From Azolla caroliniana (taxonomy: Eukaryota; Plantae; Polypodiophyta), in assembly GCA_043228905.1 (NCBI GenBank), contig JBHGNT010000010.1, forward strand, positions 16,554,001 through 16,618,000: DNA of 64,000 nucleotides, given 5' to 3'. The notes under the pieces were generated by a model. It was not told the DNA's origin. It ran no database searches and saw only the letters and a list, made by a program, of their open reading frames with translations. Below are positions 36,670 to 50,692 of this stretch, piece after piece (the first letter of the stretch is position 1; each line of letters opens with the position of its first letter). The translations under genes were made by a program, and so were the position numbers.

Positions 36670-39600
36670 TTAGAAACCATAGAAGATGAAAGGCTCGATT
36701 GAAAAAAGTGAGTTTGAGCTATGCATGCATAACATCACAGGTCAACCTTTGATGTTGACCGTTTTGAACACCTAGGTGGTTGTACTCATCAATTGAGAAT
36801 AACGAGTTATTAGATAATGTAAAAGAGTCTACAGAAAATAAAGAAATTCTACTAGAAGTTGAGGACATCTTGCTTATTTTCGTTAAGATCAAATAGGTAA
36901 AAAAGTAGTAGAATTGCTAGAAAATAAACCACATATTTGGTAATTGACTATATATATATATATATATCCATAATATATAAATTTTTATTTTCAAATATTT
37001 AATTTCTATTTTTTCAAAATTTAAAGATTTTTTAAAATTTATAATTTCTTTTTTTTTAAATTATTATTTTTAATCTACTATATAAGGAAAGGTCTTCCCC
37101 TCATTGTTATTATCACGCATAAGAAGTCAAAGAGCTCAAGAGCACAAACAATCAAGCACTCTTGCTTTTTGCCTTCTTGTACACTTCGTCGCCAACCAGT
37201 CAACATGAATAAGGGAAAGAAAATTGCCACGCATGTTTTATTCACCGAAATATGAAGTTTCCAAAAGATTCCTTAAAGATGCTTTTTAATCTCAACCCAA
37301 ATTTTTGCTTTTCTCAAAACATTCACCAACATCAATCTTATGCACAACATCACAACTTTGTTGTAAACACGGGCTTCCAACGAGAATCATGTGCATTGCA
37401 TCGGATTTCCAGTGAAAGCATTGGGCTTTCAACTACAATCTAGCCACAATCCGATGCACTGCATCGGATTGTATAATTTGAACAATATTAATTGTTAAAC
37501 TTTGATGTAATACAAAGTTTGAGTTTTTTTATAATTTTTGTTGTATCACTTGTTGAACTTAGAGTTTAAGTATAATTTGCATGTGTACATGTTGTCATTT
37601 ATTTGTATGATTGATAAGTTATTGTTGACTGGTTTATTTCCACATTGACGGTGTGATGTGTGATGTGTCATTGGAAATTTGACTTTTATGTTGACCCTCT
37701 AGTGTTTGAGGAGCACACTTTTATATTGATACTACAAATTCCTCAACAAGATCAACATACACATTCCGCATAAGCTTACACAGTTGAACACAGTCGATCG
37801 GCCGACTATACAACAGTAGTCGACCAGACACCTCGGTCTTCATCATAAACTTAGCATGTCATATCCCCCGGTTCAACAACTCAATATTTCGGGTCTCCCT
37901 CTCAAATGCATGTGGGGATAACCACAAAACTTTTGGTGAACCCAACATGAAAAGAGTGCTAGGGAGAGATGACAAGTTACCCACTATTGGAGTAACATGA
38001 GAGAAATACATACCACACTAGAAAAAGTCATCACAGACACTTGTCTATTTATACAGGACAAATTGAGGAATTCCAAGATGTGTATAATGTAACAAGATGC
38101 AATATAAAGACACCCAATGCACGATAAATTAAAGTTCTTTGTCTAGGTTGTGTCATTATCCTTGCATGGTTGCAAGGTGGAGTAACAAAGAGACCACAAC
38201 TCTTGGGATATATTTTGAGAAGGAATTATTTGAAAAGTGTTTGGGTTTGATGATGCTATGGAAATGAGCCATTAAGATTTTGACGAGTGGGTAAGAATAA
38301 GGGAAAAGGCACATGTGTCAATGGTACCCTTTGAGTTCGAGCATTGGTTTGCTAAACTTTGGAGGTGTGACTAGAGTCCTTTCATTGAAATTTGTCGATT
38401 GAAATGAAAGGATGAAGTTCGACATCTTATTAGATAATGAAGATGGAGCCAATGGCCTCATTGAGAGCTAGGTAGAGGTGGTATAGACATGCTATCACTA
38501 TGAGAGAGAAAGTGGGGGCCTAGGAATTATAGTGTTAAAAGTAAATATGGGGGTTGATAGGTTTGTGCACAATGACAAATATTGTATGGTTCATCAAAGC
38601 ATGAGTTGGGATCACCTAGTTTAGGTTATTATTGGTGAATGGAGAAAGCTTGCAAGAGTTTTCAATTCATGGAGAGGACGAAACCAAAAAGAAAATGTAA
38701 GGGCAAATAAGAAGGTTTGAGTGGAGCTTGTGAAGATTCGAGGTGGTGAGGTGGTAACATCTCTTGATCACCACCCAATAATGGCAATCATGCCAATGAA
38801 GAGGTCAAGGAAGAAAAGTCAAGGAATTTGGGATGGTTTGGAAAATGTTGCAATTTGTATCTTGGAAGCTTTGTGCCCAAACCTAACATTCTCACAAAAT
38901 ATATATGCTTGTATGTGAATGTTGAGAGGCCCAAGGAAGTTGGCTTTGATGATGGCATTGTTGATGAAGGACCGTGGAATTTACATTTCTTGATTGGCAC
39001 GATTGCACTTATAGGTGCGCACTTTGTGTGTTAAGGAAATTTTGAATTTACTTCGCCCTTTTACAGTTGGCATGGTTTGATTTTGCGTAATGTGCCACAC
39101 ACATGATAAACGATAAGTATCTCATAATCACCTCAACAAAATCATACAATCACTTTCATGAAATGGATTGATTCATAGTCAAGGCCAAACTTTTAGATAG
39201 TTTTCTTTGCCTCCTCTCTTGATTTTGGGAGGATATCATTTTGAGGAAGAAGCTTCATTGAAAACAAACTATAAAAATCACAACTTAAATAAGCTTAATT
39301 TTCTATAATGAATATGATATACATTAAACTCACCTTAGTAACCTATAATGGAAACATTACTCAAACCAAATTGATTTTGCAAGTTCACGATTGAAGGGCG
39401 CGGACATTTTTTTTCCCAAAAATTGTGCTACTTTCCCATTAGTTAGGAGAGATTTTTACAAAAAGACTATACAAGATGGCTTATAATATATATATAAATC
39501 GGGGAATCACAGGTCGAATTACTTGTATCTATGGTACAACTTCTTATTTAATTCGTCAGTGAGAGTACTTACTTGTTCAATGAAAGACAATGTTAAAAAA

Positions 39601-39802
39601 CATCTGATTAAGGAGGTAATGAGAATATTTTCTTGTTGAGTATATGGCAAACACTCCACTTCTAGCAAACATATTTGAAGATACAAACACTTTTGAAAAT
39701 GGGCCTTGTGTTCCAATGATGTGAAACATGACAACGGTGCTACAAGTTTAAAGAAGTATACAACCAAATTATTAACTTTTTACTTCTTCTTCACATTTTC
39801 AC

Positions 39803-40486
39803 ACATTTGGAGCTTGAGGCATTCTTCTTTCTCTCTCTTACAAAGCTCTTAACCTTGACCCTTCGAATTAAGGAAGAGCCTAAGTCTTAAACAGTCACTT
39901 AAGCATTTGTATTGAATGCAATTGCCACCTCTTGTCTTAATAAAATGTGGTTGGTTTTGGGGAGCTCGCTTCTCCAATTACGAGGCAACGTCACTATCTT
40001 AGAAGAAAACTAGTCGTTATTGGAGAATAGAAATGATGGATTTGTTGTTTTTTTGGTGCAATATTTATTATCTAGTTTACCTTAGGAACATAAGCTAAAT
40101 TCTCTCTCTTGAGTCATTCTTCTTTCTCTCTCTTACAAAGCTCTTAACCTTGGCCCTTTGAATTAAGGAAGAGCCTAAGTCTTAAACATTTGGAGCTTGA
40201 GGCATTCATCTTTCTCTCTCTTACAAAGCTCTTAACCTTGGCCCTTTGAATTAAGGAAGAGCCTACGTCTTAAACAGTCTCTTAAGCATTTGTATTGAAT
40301 GCAATTGCCACCTCTTGTCTTAATAAAATGTGGTTGGTTTTGGGGAGCTCGCTTCTCCAATTACGGCAACATCACTGTCTTAGAAGAAAACTAATCGTTA
40401 TTGGAGAATAGAAATGATGGATTTGTTGTTTTTTTGGTGCAATATTTATTATCTAGTTTACCTTAGGAACATAAGCTAAATTCTCT
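39803..40486. repeat. Recent local duplication: two ~300-bp near-identical copies with a partial ~80-bp third copy between them
   Basis: ACATTTGGAGCTTGAGGCATTC...CTAAATTCTCT at 39803-40104 and 40186-40486; partial copy at ~40108-40188. Confidence 0.9.
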
Positions 40487-41692
40487 TTTTATTTTGATTG
40501 CATAACAAAGTATGGATAATTTAGTAGATAGAGTTGAGCGGCTCATCAAAATTACTTAATTACTTAGTGGAATGCACTCTAGGGCATAAGACAATTGTTT
40601 TTGCCTACTTTGCCCACAATAGTTATCCGAACTCCTTGGTAACAAACCAATAAGGGAAAAACCTTGTTTGCAATAGTTGATTGGAAGATTGAGCTTCCCT
40701 TGAAATCAATGTCCAATTGTATAAATAGACATTGATGACAAGTGAAGTCTTTGCTTAGCGATTTGGTACACCTTTGAACCTTCACAGATGTCGATTGTCA
40801 GATATTCCGTTGGAAGTCTCTAGAAGACAATCGTGATTCGTAACATACGACAATTTGGTCCTAGGAGGAATTCTAAGTGAAGTAATCAACGGAACATGTA
40901 GAAGGCGTGATGAAAGGAAAGGGCCGCCTATAGTAAGGTATAATCTTAAACAAGAAGGCTTGACAATGTGATCTAGCCATGGTGAGGAACACATGTAAGG
41001 TAGGAACGCATGTCAGGTGGAGTGATGCATCGAATGACAAGATGCAAATCTATACCTCCATGGAGGCATAGATGGGCTTCGATGGTGTTGATGGGGGACA
41101 TATCGGGGAGAGGTAGGAATGAGACCATGGCTTGACACTGGATTGGATGTATTGGTGGTTCTTGGGCTTGTCCTGGGTCAAATCAAAAGCAAGGTAAAAA
41201 ATCGGGAGGCGAGAAGGCATGTGGCCAGAAGGATATGGTCAGGAGTATGGCCAGAAGTATGGACAACAAGGCCAGGATATGTGTGTAAATCCAACATTAT
41301 CATAAAGAGAAAAGGTGAAGTCTGAAGAGTGTGACCCTCTCCTTCTGTTTTTTTTTCTTTTTTCTATGTATTTTGATTTGTTTGGATTTGTGAGACGTGG
41401 CCTCATTCTCATACAAAGAAAGGAAATTGGGGGTATGCAAAAAAAAATAATTGTGTTGGGTTGTGGTTTATTTTGCTGCTCCTCCACACTCAGTGGAGCT
41501 TCAATATGCAACCAAAATCTAAAGGATAACGAATATGGTGAACCAATGCTTTCTTTCTTCTTTTCTCCCACTCTTTTCCCCTGTAACCCAAAATCAGGAT
41601 TTCCTTTGCTTAGGGTTTTAATCCCTAATATGGGTTGCTCTGTTTCCTCTTCAACTTGAGCATCTTCCTCTTCTGTTTTTGCTTTCTCCATC

Positions 41693-41976
41693 ATGTCTTC
41701 TCAGCTCGCTGCCAACACTTCTCTTTATTGTTCAGGTACTTATAATACTTTTCTTTCATTTAACTTTTTCTTTTGTATGTGTGTGTGTGTGTGTGTGTGT
41801 AATTTTGTTTGAATTTGAGTCTTCACTGACTCAAAAGAATGTATTGCTTTTAGATAAGCATTTGAATTGCATACATTTGTATTTGGATCATTATACAGCA
41901 TGAAGTTTTTGGCTGTGTTAAGAAAGACAAAACCAATTCAAAATGAATGAGCCTTTTTGGTAATTACCATGCATAT

Positions 41977-42009
<33 letters not shown>

Positions 42010-45000
42010 TTCTAATACATGCATATGTATACAATATGCAGTATTTATGTATGTCTATATACTTCTAGGACAATCATGGAGACGCTTCAATGTTATAACT
42101 CTTTAGTTTCATGTACATGGATTGTTTCTAATGTTTATTTATACCAAGCATCATCTGATTCTATATGTCATCATGCAAATTCCAATCATGGTTTAATTTA
42201 TGTATACCAAGCATCTTCCAACTCTGTATGTCATTCTAGGTTATCCACGGTTTTAATAGCTCATATTCCCCCTTATCTGCCGATTGAGTTTGATATTCTC
42301 GTTCTTTTCATTTTCAACTAGAAATCCGTTAGTATTTAAGCTTTTAAATTAGATAAAAAAGCATCTGTTCCGTATACATCCTTCATTCAATCTATTTAAG
42401 ATGATTTCTTCATGTGTAATCGACTTTTTGGTGACACACACATGTATAATTTCTCTTTCGGTTTATGATTGGAGGTCGACACAAAACACACACCACAGTA
42501 ACTTTGTCTTTAGAAGTTTTTAAAGATGTATTCTGTTATGAGCATCCTACATGTAAGTTTCTCTTGTCAACACCTTTAATCTCTTATTCAACATGCAGAA
42601 GAAAGCAAGCATGGTTTTGATTACAAGAATGTGAGGACTAGCATGATAAGGAAATGCTCTACTTTACCAAAAACATGCACAATTTCATTGATTTCGAAGA
42701 ATCAAAGTCGGATCTTACAGAACGGATATAATGCATGTGGTACTGTACAATCAAACAATATGGGCAAATCTTCTGTATATTATGTCACATCCACTTTGGC
42801 AAGCACACGAAACATTGCAGTCAGCAACAATCAGTGTGCATTGCGATTTAGGTGTTTCTTATCATCAGATGCAGTCAATGGGAATTCAAACAAGACCCGG
42901 AGGAATGAAAAGTCAAATATAACACGCAATAGCCAAGGCTCGCATTCTGAAAGTCTTGGACTTGGAGATTTGAAATACGAACCCCCTCCACCAGATATAA
43001 TAGCATCAACCCATGAAATTGGCTCTAATGGTGCATCAATGGCTTTATCGCAAAAAGATATTTCCAATCATGTTGCTCCATCATGGTTGAGCGGGGTTCC
43101 CAAAAGATGGGTCATCGTGGTCCTCTGCTTCTTTGCGTTTCTTCTATGCAATATGGATCGGGCAAGTAATCAATGCAATTTTCCTTTAAATTTTCAAAAG
43201 ATATAGTTTATTTGTAAGAACCTTTTCATTTCCTTTGTTTGCTTATTTTTTGCCTTCTGCTTTTTTCTTTTCACAGGTAAACATGAGCATAGCTATTTTA
43301 CCTATGGCTGCTGAATATAAGTGGAACGCTGCAACTGTTGGGCTAGTGCAATCTTCTTTTTTCTGGGGATATCTGCTTACTCAGGTCAACAAACTACTTT
43401 CTCCTTTTTGTGGATTTTAACCCTACCGTTTTGGATATTTACCAGGATACCTGTCTTTGCAATAAACACTTAGCCAATAGATTGTGTTTTGTAGTCAAAG
43501 GAAGACAATCTCTTTAAAACTCAAGATCCATTATGAACTTTCTAAAAGATTGGGAATGAAGAGTTTTCCATCTCCTAAACAATGTGAATTTACAAATTTG
43601 TGGTATGAAGCTTGGGATGATTGTGAAAAGTTGATTGTGATTGGGCTGTGGCCTCTGGCACACTAAGTTTTGTTCTTGTGTGTACTAGTGTCAGAATGAG
43701 CTTATTATCTTGTTTCTGATGAATGTGAATGTGAAAATAGATTGCTGGAGGGATATGGGCAGATAGCTTTGGTGGAAAGAAAGTGTTGGGATTTGGAGTA
43801 GTATGGTGGTCATTTGCTACTGTTGTTACACCATTGGCAGCAAAGCTTGGGCTCCCTTGTTTGCTTTTAGTCCGAGCATGCATGGGTATCGGTGAGGTAA
43901 TTATGTTATTCATTGACATCTACGTCTGTGTAAAAGGTTTGCCAAATGTGACAGCTATTTTTTCATTTAAAATAGGCTAATTATTTACCTAGTGTTCTTA
44001 ACTCATATATATATATATATATATATTTTGCCAGGGGGTAGCAATGCCGGCGATGAACAATTTGCTCTCTAAATGGGTTCCAGTAAGTGAAAGAAGCAGG
44101 TCGCTAGCATTTGTTTATAGTGGGATGTATCTAGGGTCAGTCACAGGGCTTGCATTTTCCCCTTCACTTATCCATATGTTCCAGTGGCCCTCTGTGTTTT
44201 TCTCCTTTGGCTTTCTGGGTGTCTTTTGGTACCTGGCCTGGCAGCGTTTGGTGAGTTTCTAGTTTCATTTTATTTTGTTCTTTTATTCATAGAAATTTTA
44301 ACAAAAAAAGGTTATTATGCACTATGTTCTCTCTCTATGTATGATTGATTTGACTATGGCCTCTTTGTTTGTTTTGTTTTGTTTATAATAAAGGCCTACA
44401 GTTCTCCAGATGAAGATCCTGACATAAGTGATGAGGAAAAGAAGTTGATTCTAGGCACAAATCAACCCAAGGAACGAGTGAAAGATATTCCATGGAAGCT
44501 ATTGTTATCAAAGGCACCAGTTTGGGCATTGATTATCAGCCACTTCTGCCACAACTGGGGAACTTTTATTCTTCTGACATGGATGCCCACATACTATTTC
44601 CAGGTACAATAATGGAGAATTTTAACCATGGAGATAAACAAACTAGGGTCGTTTGTTTCGAGATGGCCATTTTATCACAAGAATTTGGAGACATTTGGCT
44701 ATTTCTTTATAATGAAGTGTTTTCTTAAAACGTTTTCCCTTTTTTTTTTTTACTATAAAATAAGAACTTACATGCAATATCACCAAGATAAACCTAAAAA
44801 TTTGTGAAAAACTGAAAGATTAGTGCAATTCATTTCTAGTTTCATTTAGGGTTTCAATAATGTGTAACTTCTCCCAAAAAACAGTTTACATTTAGTAGAT
44901 CCATGGAGTTCACTTAATCTTTACCCTCGAATGAGTGTAAAAGGAAAGAACCTCTTTGACTTACTAAATATTAATGGCTGGGCAAAATTATAGATTAAGC

Positions 45001-47192
45001 AACCTTGACAGTGTAGAAAATAGAGCTAATCTTTCAAATTTTACCAATATTTAGCTTATCTTTGGCGTATCCTTAATTTATTGTAAAATTGGTTGAATCT
45101 TTCAAAATTCTTCGCCATAAATGTAGCTAAAAGGTTTCCAAAATCTTGAAAAGTAGCCATTGGCCTGTAAATAGTACATACATGTTTTCCCTACCTCAAT
45201 TTGTTTTCAAATGTTCATAAAATTTTGCTTATGGATAAAATGGGTTTTTTGTACTTTGGATAGGTTTTGAAATTCAATCTTATGGAATCTGGATTGTTCT
45301 CGGTTCTCCCATGGCTTACAATGGCTGTAGCTGCTAATGTGGGTGGTTGGATTGCGGATACCCTTGTGAGCAAAGGTGTCTCCGTGACAACTGTCCGAAA
45401 GGTAACTGCTTTTTGCTGTTTGGTTGGATACACATGTAATTTTTGTACATACTGAACAAAACAGTACATTAAAAGGGGGGGCTTGTTTGTTTATACAGAC
45501 ATTCAATAGGGGAAAAAAGGGTGGCATTATATTCATGAAAAACCAACTGAAGAAGGAAATATGTGTTTGAATAATGGGGAAACTTACCACTGTAGACTAT
45601 AATTATCAGATTGTACTGAAAAAGCAATTTGGTTTCTGAATTTTTTCTTACCAAGATCACCATTTTACTATTTCGTTACCACACATGACTATATAGAGGG
45701 TTGTTTTACAATTGATGATGTGAACACCTCGATAAAGGGTCTGGAGCCTCAGCATTCTGACTATAAAATAGAGGATGTGGAGGTCACAAGAGCACAATAC
45801 AATTGCTAACTAATAGATTATTTATAATTTTTTATGAATTCGATGGCAATAATAATCTAAATGCTTATTACCATATTTGTGTCATGGTAACAACATTCTA
45901 GATAATGCAAACAATTGGGTTTCTTGGCCCTGCATTTTTCCTCACTCAACTTGGTAATATCACATCACCTACCCAAGCTGTTCTATGCATGATGGGGTCT
46001 CAGGTAAGGTTTGAACATTCAGATTTTAAGTTTTGTTTTTGCTTTGACGAGGTTCTAAAGTTTTCACATCTTTCCAGGGAAGTGATGCATTCTCACAATC
46101 GGGACTCTATTCCAACCACCAAGATATTGGGCCACGTTATGCGGTAAGCTATACATTATCTTATTTTGATGATTCTTGACTGTATTCTTTTATTTTGTTT
46201 TCACAAAATAGAAAGTGATTAATTTGTACATCAACAATCTCGTAGAACCAACAATCTAGATGTTTATGAGAATATCTCTAGGTTTTCAAAAAATGACCTT
46301 ATTTACTACAACAGGGTGATATATCGTATTTGTTTTTAAACCGAGGGTATTCTGGTAGACATCTAAGAGTTTCGAATTGTTCTGAGTCCCCCCCCCCCCC
46401 TCTTCCCCAGAATGTAGGCTTTCATGCTCATATATTACATTGCCGAAAAGGATTGAAATTTGTAAAGGAAAGCATGATTTAAGCATGATTTAAGTTGATT
46501 CCTTGTAAGAAATGTGGTTTTTATTGATATCTTAAAATCATTCATTTGATGTGAGCTTTGGTCACGTTCCTAATAAAGAGAATTTGGCTATATTTGATGC
46601 CTTAAAACGATGTCTTTGTGTAGGAAGTTTTGCTTGTATTCCTGGTAAAGAGAAATATAAGTTTTTTTTATCAATGTATTAAAATTATGTAGTTTTTCGT
46701 TGCAAATTTTAACTTGTTCCTAAAGAGAGAGGATTGGCTTTATGGATTGTCTTAACATGCTTTTTTCGTCATGATTTTTACTTATATGTCATAATGAGAA
46801 ATTAATGGGTTTGTTGATATGGTAAAATGTTGTGTTTTGTAGGGAGTTTTGCTTGGTTTATCAAATACTGCTGGTGTGCTTGCGGGTGTTTTTGGGACAG
46901 CAGCGACAGGTTACATTCTTCAACACGGTAATTACACTATTAAACTTTTCTATATAATAAATGGTAAAGAGAATTTGTTTCAACTTTAGACCAAAGAGGG
47001 GACATTCTTCCATGTGTTACACAACGAAAACTGTCTTGTGTAATAAGTCGGTAGTGATGAGACTAATAAAAGATTCATGTGATTAATCTTTCAGGAAGTT
47101 GGAGTGATGTATTCAAAGTATCTGTTGCTCTATACATCATTGGAACAATTGTGTGGAACGTATTTGCTACCGGAGAACGAGTTTTTGACTGA
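41693..47192 (+). CDS. PHT4;4: PHT4-family (SLC17/MFS) chloroplast anion transporter, PHT4;4/ANTR2-like, 11 exons, ~594 aa
   Basis: Exons 41693-41735, 42599-43161, 43277-43384, 43741-43896, 44035-44250, 44394-44603, 45264-45401, 45902-46003, 46078-46143, 46843-46927 and 47095-47192 join in frame (1785 nt). Motifs: PKRWVIVVLCFFAFLLCNMDRVNMSIAILPM, SSFFWGYLLTQ, GIGEGVAMPAMNN, SHFCHNWGTFILLTWMPTYY, GLYSNHQDIGPRYAGVLLGLSNTAGVLAG. The Ser-rich N-terminus is transit-peptide-like; exon 1 is less certain. Confidence 0.93.
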
Positions 47193-50100
47193 GGTGAGTG
47201 TGCATAATATATGTATATCCAAGAAAGCTATGTAAAACAATAAAATGCAAAATTGAGAACATGTTTGATCTTCGCCTTTTCCGATGATATATCTTGTGAT
47301 GTTTTTGTCAGGAGTGTCGAGATGTTTGGGGTCAAGCCATCTATCCTAGCCTTCTTACTAATATTTGTAAAGAAGGTAAGCTTTCTGAGATGAAGCTGCC
47401 CTTCATTATGAATCTCCCCAATCATAGAAATTATGAGGAGAAGGTGATTCTTTATGTGGCCATGCTAATGGCAACCATATTTTCTGTACATTGAGAGTAC
47501 AACTATATATTGAGAAGGGGACTTACTGCCATCTCTTTGAACACAAACCATACTATACAAGGATATCCAAATTTTTTGCACTTAAAACCCTTTGTAAGGC
47601 TAAATTGAACATTTGATCAAACAAGAAACTAATATGAATTATTGGTTTCTAATAAGTTGTCAGAGGTCTTGGGTTTTAGGTATTGCATTTGCGCAGTAAT
47701 GTGTAAGTTATCCAAATAAAGGAGATGATTGTTATCATAGATGTTGGGTGTCATTCATTTATGAAAGATTTCATTAAGTTTTGATATTTTAACCGATTTC
47801 CTCTGAGGTCATTATAAATGCAAGCTTCAATAGCTTTAGGAAACGAATAAAGGCTTGCTTAATAAAATGAAATAAGGATTGTAAGCGGATCGGCAAAAGT
47901 AGTCATGCAAACATTTCGCAAACAAGTTGGATATGTAATAATTTTGTAAAATGTTAGGTTTGTACTAATGAGAATTATCATTATGTGAGGAGCCCAAAGG
48001 TCAGTTATCCTCCAAACCAAAGTTGAAAGTTGAGACAATAGTTGGGTTAGTTATATACTTCTACACAAGGTTAGGTTTGTACCATTGGATTAGGTACTTA
48101 GTTATAGTTGTCAGGAAGCCCAAAGTCCTTTTGAATTGAGACCCTTTAGTTGGGATGCGGTTTACATGCATTCCCTACCATAACAAACACTTGTGTATTT
48201 GTTACTTTGGTTGGTTAAGACACTTTATGATAAACTCATACCATTGAACAACAAAGCGAATAAGCACAATATGGTAGGTAGTCTTACGAGGGTCTACATG
48301 TAGATCAAATGTAGATGATCGTATAGTTGACCACGAAATGGGCTTGTAATTGACATCTTATGTATGAACCCTCCATCCAATTGCAAATGAGGCCATACAA
48401 TTCTCCATGAAATGGGCATGTATTGACACCTAACATATGATAATGTGCATGGATTTTCCATCCAAACAAAATTGAGACCCCTCAACTTGTACCATTTATC
48501 TTTTGTAATTTGGGTCTTGCATTGGTCGCACAATATAGTTTTTGAATTTGTTCACATTGAGTGTTTAAATGCATTATTATTATTTATCCCATGACCCTCA
48601 AGATTAGGAGTTGGTGTCTAGCTTGAAAGTATGGTAAAAATTTGCTCGATTTATTCTCTATAAGAAAACAAACTTTGAATCAAGATATTGCATGTGGTTT
48701 GATCTAGTAGGTCTATTAACCTAACCATACATACATTATATCACTTTCATCTCTAACATCTATCATGTATTGTATGCATAATATGGTAAGGAAAATGTTG
48801 ACTACTTTAGAAAAGGATGGTGGTAAAAAAGTCATGCATTTAGTAAATGCGGATTGTGGTAAACAATCCCAACAACTTGAGTTTGAAGTGCTAATTTATA
48901 AACCGGATACAGCCATGAAAATGATTGAAAGCGAACGGCTAATATATTGGAGAGCAAGAAAGAAAATGCGAGCGTAGTAAACTACAAACAGTGATTGGAG
49001 CAAGGTGTAGACAACCAAATTCATTGATATATTTCAACCAAATAGATGTCCATCGTCGATGTAAAGTTATGATATGAATGTGTATATATTGATGTGAAAA
49101 ATAGTAGCCTCCATACGAGTAAATGTTTGCCTCCTAGGTGAAGGTGAATGGTTAACCAACCAACCATGCAAAATAGCAAAAGGTGTAAGGATTAGTGACG
49201 AATTTATGTTGCTCTAGAATGAAAAAGGTGTATGAATAGCCATGACCTTTCTAGTTATATTAGCTTTCACAAAGGGTATAGCCATGTCCCAATATAAAAA
49301 TATAATAATCTTGAACAAAGTTTAAAAAGCCCACAAACCTTGAAACTCACATGATGCTTCAATGCATTATAACAATATAAAATTGAGAAAAAAAAAGCAT
49401 ATGGTCACAATGAAAAAGTATATTAGTCGTATTGCTTGCACTTTAAGAAGTTGCACCAAGTATTCCTATAATTAATGATGATTGAGAATCCTTAGGTAAG
49501 CAATATGAGAACAAATAAATGGTGCAAAGACTAATGAGAACACATAAATGGTGCAAATATAGAGGTTGTAATCTTTTTGCAAAGAAGTTTGATTCACATA
49601 AAATTGTAGACTCTAGAGAGTGCCAGTTTGTCCACCAAAAACACGATCCCATTGTTGTCTCAATAACTGAAGGAACATGATCACATCATTGTCCCAACTT
49701 TCTGGATTTGGGCTTAGGACATTGCCAAGCAGAGTACCTGTTAAAACGAGGGAATGACGAATGGAAAATTTGTAGTCAAGTACAATCAATGGACAAGCTT
49801 TGTGAATCATGAGTTGAATCAAAGATGATGGATTCGTTGGTGAAAACATGGGCACAAAAATAAGATGGCAAGACAATTAGGATGAATTAGTTTATCTTCT
49901 TTTGTTAAGGGTTGGGAATAATGCATTTTAGAATCAAAGGTAATTAATTTGTTGGTGAAATATGGGCACAAAACAAGATGGTTAGACAATTAGGATGATT
50001 ACTAGAGTATTAGTATGGTTGCCTCCTAACTTAAAAGCAAAATAAGTTTATGCACAAAATCATACATATGAGGAAAGTAGACCCTCAAGTTTGACAAATG

Positions 50101-50692
50101 TACAAGATGATTCCTAGCTACACTAGACACATCAAGAAAAATTTGAACAACTTTATTGGGGTGAGAAGGGGTCATGGTGCACGTGGGGAAAAACTATGTG
50201 AGATTCCATTATCGTCATGATTCCAAAAGATAATGGAACGATAACAATATGCATTATCTTTCTTATGTATATTGAATGTAGCATCCAACATATATGCATT
50301 ATCGCTCTTATATATATTGAACGTAGTTGCACACGAAATGGAATTTCTTATTTTGTGTTGGTATAATAAAATCCCAATGAAGATGTATGGACATAACATT
50401 GTGCATTACCAAATGGGAAGTTTATGCATGCACAAGGTGTTTTGTGGGTTAAAAAACATGCCAACAAACATCACTAGGTGGACCATAAAGTATTTAAGGG
50501 ATATCTATAAGATTTTGGAAGGAATATTTTATATCATTGTAGTTTGTTTATCCACATGATGAGTACCTTAAGTACTTGAGGATATCGTTACTAAGAGATA
50601 AATTGCTCGCTAAACCCAACTTGAGTTTTCTATGTTTATCAATTTTTTGCATATGTGCTTTTGCTATACCAACGTTTTAGAGAAATTAGCAG

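Noticed and set aside
41239-41694. 151-aa minus-strand ORF at the PHT4 5' end
   Set aside because: Low-complexity antisense reading of the CT-rich 5' UTR/promoter, with no domain features.
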